Source: Vulcanimicrobiota bacterium (GTDB lineage: Bacteria; Vulcanimicrobiota; Vulcanimicrobiia; Vulcanimicrobiales; Vulcanimicrobiaceae). From it: DNA of 64,000 nt. Shown here in pieces: positions 28,509-38,403 of the stretch. The stretch is taken from the NCBI GenBank assembly GCA_963786105.1, contig CAWAXX010000012.1, positions 160,001-224,000 of the forward strand, in the 5' to 3' direction. Made by a program: the position numbers and the translations under genes. How positions within the stretch are numbered: position 1 is the first letter of the stretch; every line of letters begins with the position of its first letter. A model generated the notes under the pieces. That model saw only the letters and a program-made list of their open reading frames with translations. It ran no database searches and was not told where the DNA came from.

Positions 28509-29064
28509 TGGTGGGTTCCTCCAATTTGTGGGTAAATTTCGGCGGGCCGGTTGGCGTCGCGCGGGGCGCCAAAATCATGAACATGTTTCGTCCTTCGAGT
28601 CGAGGCTCGCGTTCGATCGTGGCCAACGGCGTCATGTCTTCGGCCATCCGGTCGAGCAACCGACGTCCGAACGAGGTATACGTAATTTCGCGTCCGCGGA
28701 ACATAATCGTCACTTTGATCTTGCTTCCGTCGAGCAATAGCCGCTCGGCCATCCGCGCTTTCGTCTCGTAGTCGTGCGTCTCGATCTTCGGACGCAGCTT
28801 GACCTCTTTCAGTTCGAAGTGGCGTTGCTTCTTCCGAGCGTCTTTGTCTTTCTTCGACTGCTCGTACTTCAAACGGCCGTAGTCGGCGATCTTGCATACC
28901 GGCGGCTGGGCCGTCGGCGAGACTTCGATCAGGTCGAGTCCAGCCGCGCGCGCTCGTGCCAGCGCATCTTCAGTCGGCAGAATCCCGAGTTGTTCGCCGT
29001 TTTCGTCGATCACGCGGACCGAGCGAATGCGGATTTGATCGTTAACGCGGAGCGGTCGTGCTAT
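28501..29064 (-). CDS. infC: Translation initiation factor IF-3 (probable ATA start)
   Basis: RVNDQIR..SVRVI, PPVCKIADYG, KEVKLRPKI..HD, FRGRE. GGGGAG lies 7 nt upstream of an in-frame ATA at 29064. Confidence 0.95.
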   Translation of the reverse strand: MARPLRVNDQIRIRSVRVIDENGEQLGILPTEDALARARAAGLDLIEVSPTAQPPVCKIADYGRLKYEQSKKDKDARKKQRHFELKEVKLRPKIETHDYETKARMAERLLLDGSKIKVTIMFRGREITYTSFGRRLLDRMAEDMTPLATIEREPRLEGRNMFMILAPRATPTGPPKFTHKLEEPTSA

Positions 29065-29159
29065 GGCATATCTCCCCAAAAAACTTCGTTTTTCGGGGGC
29101 CCCCGGTTTGTAAGGCACTCCGCGTTACCGCTGCGTGCCCCCGCTTCGCGGGTCCCCAG

Positions 29160-29290
29160 AAAAAACAAAAATGGCGCTGCCGGAGCAGCCCCACTGCGCG
29201 GAACCGGCCGACGGTCCCTCGAGTGAAGACCGGATCGCCCGCAGGCATCCGGTGAGCGCCCAAGCTTCGCAGCTCGGGGTCGCTACTTCG
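29160..29290 (-). promoter_or_regulatory. Structured infC leader (L20-leader-like) ending in an intrinsic terminator
   Basis: CTCACCGGAT...ATCCGGT stem, then hairpin TGGGGCTGC-TCCG-GCAGCGCCA plus TTTTTGTTTTTT (29160-29193). Confidence 0.6.
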
Positions 29291-29298
29291 GCTCGCCG

Positions 29299-29329
29299 AG
29301 CATATCACGTGCGGCGGGGGGAATGTCAA
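29299..29329 (-). promoter_or_regulatory. Sigma-70-type promoter for the infC operon
   Basis: TTGACA (29329-29324) and TGaTATGCT; the 19-nt spacer is long. Confidence 0.5.
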
Positions 29330-29353
29330 CGCCGAGGCGCGCAGGAGCGCCGG

Positions 29354-29812
29354 ATGCCTGCTGAGATCCGGCCGGGCGAACTGGGCGACGCAGCCTTCTT
29401 TGCCGAGGCGTGGCGAGCGATGCTCGAGGAGCTCGACCTGGCTCCCGGCGGTCTCGTTCCCGACTGGCGGGAGCGCCTGACCGAGCATTTTTCCACCGGA
29501 ATCGCGGACGGTTCGCAAGGCTGGCAGGTCGCGACCCTCGGCTCGGAGCTTATCGGGACCGCGGCCGCGTTCGTGCGCTCGTCCGTCGTGAGCGACGTGC
29601 AGCGCCGCCGCAGCGCGGTGCTGGCTGGCGTGTACGTGCTTCCGGCCTACCGCCGCGGGGGTGTAGCCCGACGGCTGGTTACGTCGACCATCGCGTGGTG
29701 CCGGAAACGCGGATGCACCGAAATCCGATTGCAGGCGTCGAATGCCGCCGAGCCGCTGTATCGCGCGCTGGGATTCGAGGATGCCTCCGGATTCGTTTTG
29801 AAGATCGAGTAA
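29354..29812 (+). CDS. GNAT family N-acetyltransferase
   Basis: VYVLPAYRRGGVARRL (motif A), LQAS..AEPLYRALGF. Confidence 0.9.
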   Translation: MPAEIRPGELGDAAFFAEAWRAMLEELDLAPGGLVPDWRERLTEHFSTGIADGSQGWQVATLGSELIGTAAAFVRSSVVSDVQRRRSAVLAGVYVLPAYRRGGVARRLVTSTIAWCRKRGCTEIRLQASNAAEPLYRALGFEDASGFVLKIE

Positions 29813-31687
29813 ATGCGAAGGCTGCTTTCATTCTGGGCGCTCGCCGTCGTTGCAGGCGCGATTTTTTTTGTTCTGCATTCTGCCTGCGGGCGCGCCGCCG
29901 ACGAGCCGATCGTCTTACTGCTCGACGCGTCTAAAGCGCCGGCACAGAACGTCGTGTTTACGCGCGAGACGATTCCAGTAAAGCCGGGGAAGCTGGTACT
30001 GTACTATCCAGAGTGGATTCCAGGTCAACACCAGCCAGTCGGTCCTATTGCGAACTTCGCCGGGCTGACGATCACGGCCGGCGGCGCGGCGTTGGCGTGG
30101 CAGCGGGAGCCGCGCGATCTGTTCGCGTTTGACGTCGACGTGCCGCCTGGCGTCACGTCGATCGACGTTGCGGCGACGTATCTCGGGGCGACGTTCGGTC
30201 GCTATTCGTCGTCGCGCTTGGCGACGCCGAACATGTTGGTAATAACCTGGGATCAAAACCTGTTGTATCCGTCGACCGGTACGATTCAGAGCACGAAGTT
30301 CAAGCCTTCGATCGTGCTGCCGGGAGGCGACTGGCAGTTTGCCACCGCGTTGACCGGCGGCCGCCGCAACGGTAACGTCGTGGCGTTCGACGACGTTTCG
30401 CTCGAGCATTTGATCGATTCGCCGCTCGATGCCGGCGTGAACTTCAAACGCTGGCTTCTGTGGCAGGGTGATGGCGCGCAAGCCTATCTCAACGCCGTCG
30501 CGGACACCTCCGCGGAGCTGGCTGCGAGTCCCACGACGATCGATCGATACGGAAAACTCGTGCGCGAGATGCTGGCGATGTACGGCGCCCGGCACTGGCG
30601 CGACTACAACTTCTTGCTTACGCTCTCGGACGCAATGCCGGGAGAAGGCATCGAGCACCACGAGTCGAGCGATGACGGCGCAGGCGGCGACTACCTCACG
30701 AACTTGGAATCGCTCGATCGCGGGGCAGACTTACTCTCGCACGAGTTCAATCATTCGTGGGACGGAAAGTACCGAATGCCGGACGCCCTCTATCCACCGA
30801 ACCTTCAGATTGCGTACGACGATTCGCTGCTGTGGGTCTACGAAGGCATGACGCAGTACTACGGCAACGTCATGTCGTGGCGCGACGCCATTCGAAAATC
30901 GGAAACGTATCCCGATCACATCGCCGCGGTGTACGCGTACTACGACAATCAGCCTGGGCGCCGCTGGCGCTCGCTCGGTGACACGGCGGTTTCCGGTCCG
31001 TTCATCTATTCCGCACCGCGGGGTTACGGAGCCGAACGGCGCGGCGAGGACTTTTATTCCGAAGCGGAGTTGATGTGGCTCAAGGCCGATAGCGTGATTC
31101 GCGAGACAAGCGGCAACCGAAAGTCGCTCGACACGTTTGCGCGTGCGTTTTTCGGCGGTGAAAATACCGGACCGATCGTCGTCACATACAACCGCCAAGA
31201 CGTGATCGCCGGCTTAAACGCCGTCGTCCCCTTCGATTGGTCCGGGTTCTTCCACACGTGGGTGGACGAAATCGCGCTCCATCCGCCCGACGGGTTTACG
31301 GCTGAAGGCTGGAAACTCGTCTATACCGAGCAGCCTTCGCATTGGGTGCGCAAGGACAACTTTTGGTATTCGGTCGGTTTTTCGGTCCGTGATGGAACGG
31401 TGACCGACGTGCGGGAAGGGTCGCCGGCTTGGAATGCCAGCCTCGGTATCGATACGAAGCTGGTCGCGGTGAATGGGCGGGCGTACTCGAGCGATATTTT
31501 TTTCGACGCGCTTGCGGACGCCGCGAAAACGCACTCTCCCGTCGGACTGCTCGTGCAACATGGCAACGTCTACCGGACGATTTCGATTCCGTACTACGAC
31601 GGGCCCCGTTACCCGCACCTCGTGCGCATCGAAGGCGCGCCGGACCGGCTGTCGGAAGTAATTAAGCCGCGCGCTTCGGAGCGCTAG
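29813..31687 (+). CDS. M61 family metallopeptidase (glycyl aminopeptidase-like) with PDZ domain, secreted
   Basis: PEWIPG, GIEHHES, HEFNHSW, LWVYEGMTQYYG, C-terminal SPA...LVAVNG. Confidence 0.92.
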   Translation: MRRLLSFWALAVVAGAIFFVLHSACGRAADEPIVLLLDASKAPAQNVVFTRETIPVKPGKLVLYYPEWIPGQHQPVGPIANFAGLTITAGGAALAWQREPRDLFAFDVDVPPGVTSIDVAATYLGATFGRYSSSRLATPNMLVITWDQNLLYPSTGTIQSTKFKPSIVLPGGDWQFATALTGGRRNGNVVAFDDVSLEHLIDSPLDAGVNFKRWLLWQGDGAQAYLNAVADTSAELAASPTTIDRYGKLVREMLAMYGARHWRDYNFLLTLSDAMPGEGIEHHESSDDGAGGDYLTNLESLDRGADLLSHEFNHSWDGKYRMPDALYPPNLQIAYDDSLLWVYEGMTQYYGNVMSWRDAIRKSETYPDHIAAVYAYYDNQPGRRWRSLGDTAVSGPFIYSAPRGYGAERRGEDFYSEAELMWLKADSVIRETSGNRKSLDTFARAFFGGENTGPIVVTYNRQDVIAGLNAVVPFDWSGFFHTWVDEIALHPPDGFTAEGWKLVYTEQPSHWVRKDNFWYSVGFSVRDGTVTDVREGSPAWNASLGIDTKLVAVNGRAYSSDIFFDALADAAKTHSPVGLLVQHGNVYRTISIPYYDGPRYPHLVRIEGAPDRLSEVIKPRASER

Positions 31688-32892
31688 AGGGATTCCATCG
31701 CGTCGCGGAAGCGCTCCAAGAAATAGTCGATGGCGGTATCGTCGATTACCAGCGGCGGCGCAATGCGCAGGACCATCTCTTGGGTATCTTTGGCGGCGAC
31801 GCCGCGCGCGAGCAAGGCGTCCGAGACGCGGCGCGCCGGAATCGAAAGCTCGATTCCGATCAAAAGGCCGCGCCCGCGAATCTCCTTGACGAACGGCGAA
31901 GCAGTCGCGCGCAAGCCTTGCATGATTTTCGCGCCCGCGTAGCGCGCTCTCGAGGCGAGCTTCTCGTCGACGATCACGTCGATGGCCGCTTCGGCAACGG
32001 CCGAGCCGAGCGGGTTGCCGCCGAACGTACTGCCGTGCTCCCCCGGCCGGAAGAGTCCCATCAACGGTTCGTCCGCTAAAGTAGCGGAGACCGGATAGAA
32101 TCCGCCGCCGAGAGCTTTGCCGACCAGCAGCACATCGGGCGTTATGCCGTCGTAATCGCATGCGAAGAGGTCGCCGGTGCGGCCGAGTCCGGTTTGAATT
32201 TCGTCGGCGATGAAGAGGACGCGATGTTCGCGGCACAGCGCCCACGCACGCTTGAGATAACCCTCCGGCGGAACGTTGACGCCGCCCTCGCCCTGAATGG
32301 GCTCGATCAAGATCGCACACGTTTCGGGTTTGATCGCGCGTTCGAGCGCGTCGGCGTCACCGAACGGTATCGACGTAAAGCCGGGAACGAACGGTCCGAA
32401 TTGCTTGCGATACTCGGGCGTCGTGCTGGCGCTGATGGCCGACAAAGTGCGGCCGTGAAAGTTATTCGAAAAGACGACGATCTCGGCGGCCTCCGGACGG
32501 ATACCCTTGACGGCGTAGCCCCAGCGGCGCGCTAACTTGATGCCGGTTTCAACCGCCTCGACGCCGGTGTTCGTCGGCAAAGCCATGTCGAAGCCGCAAA
32601 GACGAGTGACCTTTTCGAGAAAGCCCGGCATGCGATCGTTGCGCATCGCCCGTGAAGTGAGTGTGACCTTCGCGGATTGCTCCACCAGCGCCGCCCGAAT
32701 GCGCGGATGGCAGTGCCCCTGGTTGACCGCCGAGTACGCGCTGATGCAGTCGAGGAATCTGTTCCCGTCCACGTCCCAAAGCCACACGCCCTCGGCGCGG
32801 GCGACGATAAGGTCGAGCGGATGGTAATTATGTGCGCCGTAGCTTTCCTCGGTAGCGATGAGGTCGCGCGCACGTTCCGAAAGTGCATGCAT
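31684..32892 (-). CDS. rocD: Ornithine-oxo-acid aminotransferase
   Basis: AHNYHPL, SAYSAVNQGHCHP, NFHGRT, EPIQGEGG, DEIQTGLGRTG, GKALGGG, HGSTFGGNP. Confidence 0.96.
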   Translation of the reverse strand: MHALSERARDLIATEESYGAHNYHPLDLIVARAEGVWLWDVDGNRFLDCISAYSAVNQGHCHPRIRAALVEQSAKVTLTSRAMRNDRMPGFLEKVTRLCGFDMALPTNTGVEAVETGIKLARRWGYAVKGIRPEAAEIVVFSNNFHGRTLSAISASTTPEYRKQFGPFVPGFTSIPFGDADALERAIKPETCAILIEPIQGEGGVNVPPEGYLKRAWALCREHRVLFIADEIQTGLGRTGDLFACDYDGITPDVLLVGKALGGGFYPVSATLADEPLMGLFRPGEHGSTFGGNPLGSAVAEAAIDVIVDEKLASRARYAGAKIMQGLRATASPFVKEIRGRGLLIGIELSIPARRVSDALLARGVAAKDTQEMVLRIAPPLVIDDTAIDYFLERFRDAMESL

Positions 32893-33004
32893 CGTCGTTT
32901 TCCATGGGCGCCGCGTGTGTTTACCGCTCTGGAAGCGGGACCGCGGGGGCGCAATTCGCCCGCGTTCGAGGAACACTTGCAATCCTGACTTAAGGACGCT
33001 CCCC

Positions 33005-33850
33005 TTGGGAACCTCTTGGGATCGAATCGACCGGCTTCTCGCCCGCGACCATCCCGGCGTGAGCGATAAAGGGCGCACGGTCGCGCGTCTTCACGGTGGC
33101 CGGCGCCCGCGCGCGGTCGTGCTTTTACACGGTTTGAGTTCGAGTCCACTCCAGTTCGACCGCTTCGCGCACGATTTGTTCGCACGCGGACACAACGTGC
33201 TGGTGCCAAGGCTGCCGCGTCACGGTCATGCCGATCGCCTCTCGACCGCACTTGCCCGGCTGCGGCCCGACGAACTCTACGCCGGCGTCGACGAATACAT
33301 CGCCATTGCCCGCGAACTGGGCGAGCGCGTGACCGTCGCGGGATTCTCACTGGGCGGTTTGCTTGCGGCCTGGACCGCGCAGCACTACCGGATCGACCGA
33401 TGCGTTGGCATCGCGCCGTTTTTTGGGGTTGCGTGGATTCCGGCGGGATTGATGACGGCGGTGGCCGAGACGCTGCTGCGCGTCCCGAATCAATTTCATT
33501 GGTGGGATCCGATTCTGCGGGACCGGCAAATGCCCGACCACGGTTACCCGCGCTACTCAACCCACGCTATCGCGCACGCGTACCGCATCGCGCGCACGCT
33601 GTTGCGCGAAGCTTCGATGCGGGCCCCATCGGCCGAGCACGTCGTGCTCGTGGTCAATGCGCGCGAAACGGGAGTGAACAACCGCGCCATCCGGAGGCTG
33701 TATGCGAGCTGGCAAGCGCGCCGTCCCGGATGCGTCGACCTCGTGCCGCTCACGGGCTTGCCGCCCTCGCACGATATCGTCGAACCTCTTCGGCGCGGCG
33801 ATCTAGCCGCGCGCGTCTATCCGCAGCTCCTTGCGGCTATCGATCCTTGA
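33005..33850 (+). CDS. alpha/beta hydrolase (paralogue A)
   Basis: VVLLHGL, PRLPRHG, GFSLGG, HDIV; TTG start after AAGGA. Confidence 0.85.
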   Translation: MGTSWDRIDRLLARDHPGVSDKGRTVARLHGGRRPRAVVLLHGLSSSPLQFDRFAHDLFARGHNVLVPRLPRHGHADRLSTALARLRPDELYAGVDEYIAIARELGERVTVAGFSLGGLLAAWTAQHYRIDRCVGIAPFFGVAWIPAGLMTAVAETLLRVPNQFHWWDPILRDRQMPDHGYPRYSTHAIAHAYRIARTLLREASMRAPSAEHVVLVVNARETGVNNRAIRRLYASWQARRPGCVDLVPLTGLPPSHDIVEPLRRGDLAARVYPQLLAAIDP

Positions 33851-34421
33851 CGCGAGCGCGCCACGCGCAGACCTTCGAATGATCGTTCGCCATGCCCACG
33901 GCTTGCATGAACGCGTAGCAAATCGTCGGTCCGACGAAACGGAAGCCGCGCTTGCGAAGCTCCTTGCTCATCGCTTCGGACTCCGGCGTCGTCGACGGTA
34001 GATCTTCGGAATCGCCGCGGCCGCGAACGATGGGTTTCCCCCCCGTGAATCGCCAGATGAAGGCATCGAAGGAGCCGAACTCGCGTTGAATCTCGAGGAA
34101 CGCCTTGGCGTTGGAAACCGTCGATTCCACCTTGGCGCGGTTGCGCACGATTCCCGGGTCGCGCAAAATCTTTTCGAGGGTTGCCGGCCGCATGCGCGCG
34201 ACGCGCTGCGGATCGAAGTCCGAGAAAAGACGCCGGTAGTTTTCGCGCTTGCCCAAGATCGTTTCCCAACTTAGGCCCGCCTGCGCTCCTTCGAGGATAA
34301 GGAACTCAAAGAGGCGGCGATCGTCGTGAACCGGTCGCCCCCACTCCTTATCGTGATACCGAATCGACGCTTCCGTCGTCGCCCAGGAACAGCGCTTCAG
34401 TGACGTATTGCCGCGTGCCAT
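33837..34421 (-). CDS. tag: DNA-3-methyladenine glycosylase I
   Basis: RCSWA, YHDKEWG, LEGAQAGLSW, FVGPTICYAFMQAVG..NDH...C. Confidence 0.96.
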   Translation of the reverse strand: MARGNTSLKRCSWATTEASIRYHDKEWGRPVHDDRRLFEFLILEGAQAGLSWETILGKRENYRRLFSDFDPQRVARMRPATLEKILRDPGIVRNRAKVESTVSNAKAFLEIQREFGSFDAFIWRFTGGKPIVRGRGDSEDLPSTTPESEAMSKELRKRGFRFVGPTICYAFMQAVGMANDHSKVCAWRARVKDR

Positions 34422-34459
34422 CGGGGAGGTGATTCGTAGTGGCGCTTTAACGCACCCGT

Positions 34460-35347
34460 GTGATTGCATCTCCGGTCAGCCGGCCGGCGCAAAGTTACGA
34501 AGAAGGCGTGGGCCGCGCCAGCGCGATCATGGCGCTCGACGGTCCCGACATTCTTCCGGCTGCGCGAAGCGCGCTCTACGAGCATGGCGGGCGCAGGCCG
34601 CTGGCGGTCGTGCTGCTCCATGGATTTACCAACAATCCGGCTCAATTTTCGGCGTTCGCGCCCATGTTGTTCGCGCGCGGCGTCAACGTGTTCGTTCCGC
34701 GCATGCCCGAGCACGGCGATCGCAATCGCCTGACCGATCGAGTCGCCGGCCTCACGGCCGCCGCCGTGCTGCAGCGCGTCGCTGAAGCGCTCGATGTCGC
34801 TTGGGGTATTGGCGAGCGGATCGGCGTGCTCGGCATCTCGATGGGAGGTACTCTTGCCGCGTGGGTCGCGCAAAATCGACGCGTTGCGATCGCGGTGCCG
34901 GTCGCACCCGACTTCGCTTTGCTCGAACTTCCATATCCGGTGAGCCATTTCGTCGCTCGGGCGCTGTCGGCGCTCCCCAACTTCTTTTTATGGTGGGATC
35001 CGCGCGAGCGCGAGCGGCACCATCCACCAACCGCGTATCCGCGATTTTCCACGCGCGCGCTGGCGCAGACGCTCCTAATTGGCGACGACGTGTACGCCGG
35101 CGCGCGGCTCCGGGCACCGAGCGCCGAGCGCATCGTTACCGTCGTGAACCGCACCGACCCGGCCGTAAATAACGAAGTTACGCAGCAGGTTTCGCTCGAG
35201 TGGAGTGGATGGAATCCGGGCGGCGTCGAGTACGTCGAGTTGCGCGGTCTTCCGGAAAACCACGACATCGTCGATCCGCACAACCCGCTCGCTCGTACCG
35301 GTCAGGTCTATCCGCGCCTATTGAAGGCCCTCGGCGTCGCAGAATAA
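34460..35347 (+). CDS. alpha/beta hydrolase (paralogue B)
   Basis: VVLLHGF, PRMPEHG, GISMGG, HDIV. Confidence 0.85.
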   Translation: MIASPVSRPAQSYEEGVGRASAIMALDGPDILPAARSALYEHGGRRPLAVVLLHGFTNNPAQFSAFAPMLFARGVNVFVPRMPEHGDRNRLTDRVAGLTAAAVLQRVAEALDVAWGIGERIGVLGISMGGTLAAWVAQNRRVAIAVPVAPDFALLELPYPVSHFVARALSALPNFFLWWDPRERERHHPPTAYPRFSTRALAQTLLIGDDVYAGARLRAPSAERIVTVVNRTDPAVNNEVTQQVSLEWSGWNPGGVEYVELRGLPENHDIVDPHNPLARTGQVYPRLLKALGVAE

Positions 35348-35359
35348 AAAACCGTCATC

Positions 35360-36727
35360 GTGACCTCCCGTTCCCGCAACGCTTTAAGGCAAGCGCTTGC
35401 TTCGTTCGCGGTGCTTGTGCCGACCGCGTGCTCGTACGGCTCGCATTTCGTTTCGCCGCACTCGACGGTCGCGTCGCTCGTTCCCGGCTACGCGAGCGCG
35501 GGCGGCAGTTCAACCGGTGCGGGCAAGATCGAGCACGTCGTCATCGTCGTGCAAGAGAATCGCAGCTTCGACGATCTCTTTGCGGGCTATCCCGGCGCCG
35601 ATACCGTTTCGAGCGGGAAAACGAAGGCGGGGAAAACTCTCGCGCTCAAGCCCGTAAGCCTGACGACTCAATACGACATCGATCACTCGGCGACTGCGAT
35701 GTTCGCCGCTTGCGACGGCACCGGCAAAGTGCCGGGTACGAAGTGCAAGATGGACGCTTTCGATCAAGAGCAACAGCTCGGAGGGCCGCGGAACGGCCAG
35801 TACGTCTACGTTCCGCATAACGAAACCAAGCCGTATTTCGACATGGCGCACGAGTGGGTGCTGGCCGACCGCATGTTCCAGTCGCATTTGGACGAGAGCT
35901 TCGTCTCGCATCAATACATCATCGCGGGGCAGGCACAGTCCAGTGTCAACGTACCGTTCGTTCCCGAATGGGGGTGTGACGGGAAGCACAGCTTCGTCCA
36001 GACGATTCGCAAAGGTCGCAGGTTCGGAAGCCCCCAGCGAACCTGCTTCGACTACCCGACGCTGGGCGACGAACTCGATAGCGCGAACCGTTCGTGGCGC
36101 TTCTATGCGAGTAAAATTAACGATCCGGCCGACGGCGTGTGGTCGGGTTATCAGGCGGTTCGCCACATCCGCTTCGGACCCGACTGGAAGAAGGACGTCA
36201 TTACGCCGCAGAAACGGTTTCTGCGCGACGTTGCCGGTGGCTCGCTCGCCAACGTCACGTGGATCACGCCGACGTGCGAAGAGTCGGACCACGTCAACTG
36301 TGGCGGCGGATTCGGCCCGTCGTGGGTGGCGTCGATTGTCAATGCGGTCGGAAACTCGCCATTTTGGGACGACACCGCAATCTTCGTGATGTGGGACGAT
36401 TGGGGAGGTCTGTACGACCACGTTCCCCCGGCGCATCTCGACGACGACGGGCTCGGGTTTCGCGTACCGCTGCTGGTTATATCACCGTATGCCAAGAGCG
36501 GCTACGTGTCGCACGTTCCCTACGAGCATGGCAGCATTCTGAAGTTCGCCGAGGACGTGTTCGGCCTCGAACGCCTCGCGGCCAGCGACACACGTGCAAA
36601 CTCTCCCGCCGGCGACTGCTTTGACTTTACGCAGCCGCCCCGCCCATTCGTTCCGATTCAAGCACCGAAGGGTCCGTCGTTCTTTCTCAATCGCGCCGAC
36701 GATCTTCGTCCACCGGACAGCGAGTAG
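35360..36727 (+). CDS. Phospholipase C / phosphoesterase family lipoprotein
   Basis: PTAC lipobox-like motif; HVVIVVQENRSFDDLF, SDH, WDDWGGLYDH, GFRVPLLVISPY. Confidence 0.92.
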   Translation: MTSRSRNALRQALASFAVLVPTACSYGSHFVSPHSTVASLVPGYASAGGSSTGAGKIEHVVIVVQENRSFDDLFAGYPGADTVSSGKTKAGKTLALKPVSLTTQYDIDHSATAMFAACDGTGKVPGTKCKMDAFDQEQQLGGPRNGQYVYVPHNETKPYFDMAHEWVLADRMFQSHLDESFVSHQYIIAGQAQSSVNVPFVPEWGCDGKHSFVQTIRKGRRFGSPQRTCFDYPTLGDELDSANRSWRFYASKINDPADGVWSGYQAVRHIRFGPDWKKDVITPQKRFLRDVAGGSLANVTWITPTCEESDHVNCGGGFGPSWVASIVNAVGNSPFWDDTAIFVMWDDWGGLYDHVPPAHLDDDGLGFRVPLLVISPYAKSGYVSHVPYEHGSILKFAEDVFGLERLAASDTRANSPAGDCFDFTQPPRPFVPIQAPKGPSFFLNRADDLRPPDSE

Positions 36728-36728
36728 T

Positions 36729-36823
36729 CTTTCGACTGCGGCGCGCGTCACTCTGAGCGGAGTCGCGCGCGAGTGTCACTCTGAGCTTCGACTGCGCACC
36801 TTCGGTGCTCCGTTCAGCATGAC
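36729..36823. repeat. Composite REP-like palindromic repeat
   Basis: ttcgactgcg x2, gtcactctgagc x2 and ...ccgttcagcatgac; same family as 13499-13542; between convergent genes. Confidence 0.7.
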
Positions 36824-36860
36824 CCACTACATCCCGACACCTTACACGCTGACGCGCTCG

Positions 36861-38393
36861 TTAAATATAGTGTTTTAGGTCGGGCCATATATCAGAGAGA
36901 CTCTTCGACGGTCCGCTGCAGACCATGATGGGGATGTCGCGTTCGTACGAAATAACCCACGGGGGATTCGATCGCGCCGCCAGCCGGGCATCGCGGTACA
37001 GTCGCTTCGAGGCGCCGCAATCGCCGTTCACGTCGACGACGACGCTTCCCGAGAAGCCATGCGTGCCCCACAGCCAATAGTTATTGTGTCCGGACAGCGC
37101 CGGCGGCAGGCCGTAGGCTTTTCCGAAGAAATCGATTGCGGCGGCTTCGCCGTAGTTGTCGGCAACGATCGCCGCCTGCGCGCGGCGATCCGGCGGCAGC
37201 GACTGGTAAATGCGTCCCACCGTCGCCACCAGCTCCTGCCAGCCATGCATGTCGGCCCAATCGGATGGCAGATCGGCCGTTTGGTGACGCTCGGTCGCCA
37301 TCGACGCTTTGTTGAGATGCAGCACGCGTCCGGCGAACGCGGAGTAATCGACCATCGCCCGTTCTCTGAGAACCGGCAGCGAAAATGGCAAGAAGAACAA
37401 GCCGGCGGCAACCATCGCCACCGCCAGCGCGGCTTGCAGCGGGATCCAACCTCTCGTCCACGATGCGATTTCGACCGCACCGGCCGCAATGACGATCGGG
37501 TAGACGTCTGCCGGATAGTAGTGCTTACCGTGCAGCGCAATCATGAGCGCGATCAAGATGACGTAGGTAAAACCGAGGAAACGTGCGGGGCCGTTTCGGA
37601 CGAGCAGCAAGATTGCGCCGACAATCCATATCGGCGAGAGAAACAGGTTCGTTAACACCAGCTGCTGGAAGAGAAACAGCGGTGGGCTTGCCACGACGTT
37701 CTTCCCGTTTTGTCCGTTACGCAGCAATTCGAGCATCGGAAAGCCGTAATGCGCTTGCCACAGGAAATTCGGCAGGGCGATTAGCGCGGCGACGAGCGCG
37801 CCAGCGACGAACCAGCGCGACCAGAGAATACGCCGTTGAGGCGTCAACGCTAACCCGGCAAACAACGCGACCGCGAAGAACACGGCACTATATTTGCTTT
37901 CGAGGCTGACGCCGACGGCCGCGCCGGCTGGTAGCCACAACCGCGGGTCGCCACCCTTAGCGATGCGCAACACGTACAACGCCGCCAGCGGCCAGAGCCA
38001 GAGGCCGACCATATCGGGGCCGACCTTCATTCCGAAACTCATCAATACGCCGGCAAATAAGAACGCCAAGGCGGCGACGATTTGCGCAAACGCGCCGCCG
38101 CCTAGCTCGACGGCCAACAGGCAGGTAACGTACATGCCGGCCGCGGCAAAAAGCGCGGGTACGGCCCGCAGCAGAAATAACGAGTGACCGAAAAGTTGTG
38201 AGGCCGCCGCTAAGAGCGGAACGACCGGCGGCTGGTCGACGTAACCCCACGCCGGGTGAAAACCGCAGATGATGAAGTACAATTCGTCGCGGAAAAACCC
38301 GTAGTGCGGATTGCCTACCAAGTGGACGACCAGCGCAACGAGCGCGGCGACGAGCGCGATGCGCCGTCCTTCGACGGCGCTGTTTACCGTCAG
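36861..38393 (-). CDS. GT-C membrane glycosyltransferase (ArnT/PMT-like, GT39/83)
   Basis: FFRDELY, WGYVDQPP, SKYS, PNFLWQ, NYGEA.A, SGHNNY..WG. The first TM lies upstream of the track start; probable CTG start at 38393. Confidence 0.88.
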   Translation of the reverse strand: MTVNSAVEGRRIALVAALVALVVHLVGNPHYGFFRDELYFIICGFHPAWGYVDQPPVVPLLAAASQLFGHSLFLLRAVPALFAAAGMYVTCLLAVELGGGAFAQIVAALAFLFAGVLMSFGMKVGPDMVGLWLWPLAALYVLRIAKGGDPRLWLPAGAAVGVSLESKYSAVFFAVALFAGLALTPQRRILWSRWFVAGALVAALIALPNFLWQAHYGFPMLELLRNGQNGKNVVASPPLFLFQQLVLTNLFLSPIWIVGAILLLVRNGPARFLGFTYVILIALMIALHGKHYYPADVYPIVIAAGAVEIASWTRGWIPLQAALAVAMVAAGLFFLPFSLPVLRERAMVDYSAFAGRVLHLNKASMATERHQTADLPSDWADMHGWQELVATVGRIYQSLPPDRRAQAAIVADNYGEAAAIDFFGKAYGLPPALSGHNNYWLWGTHGFSGSVVVDVNGDCGASKRLYRDARLAARSNPPWVISYERDIPIMVCSGPSKSLSDIWPDLKHYI

Positions 38394-38400
38394 GATGACA
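38367..38400. repeat. Degenerate REP-like copy overlapping the GT-C gene start
   Basis: tccttcgac...tcaggatgaca ends identical to the 13499-13542 element. Confidence 0.6.
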
Positions 38401-38403
38401 CCT

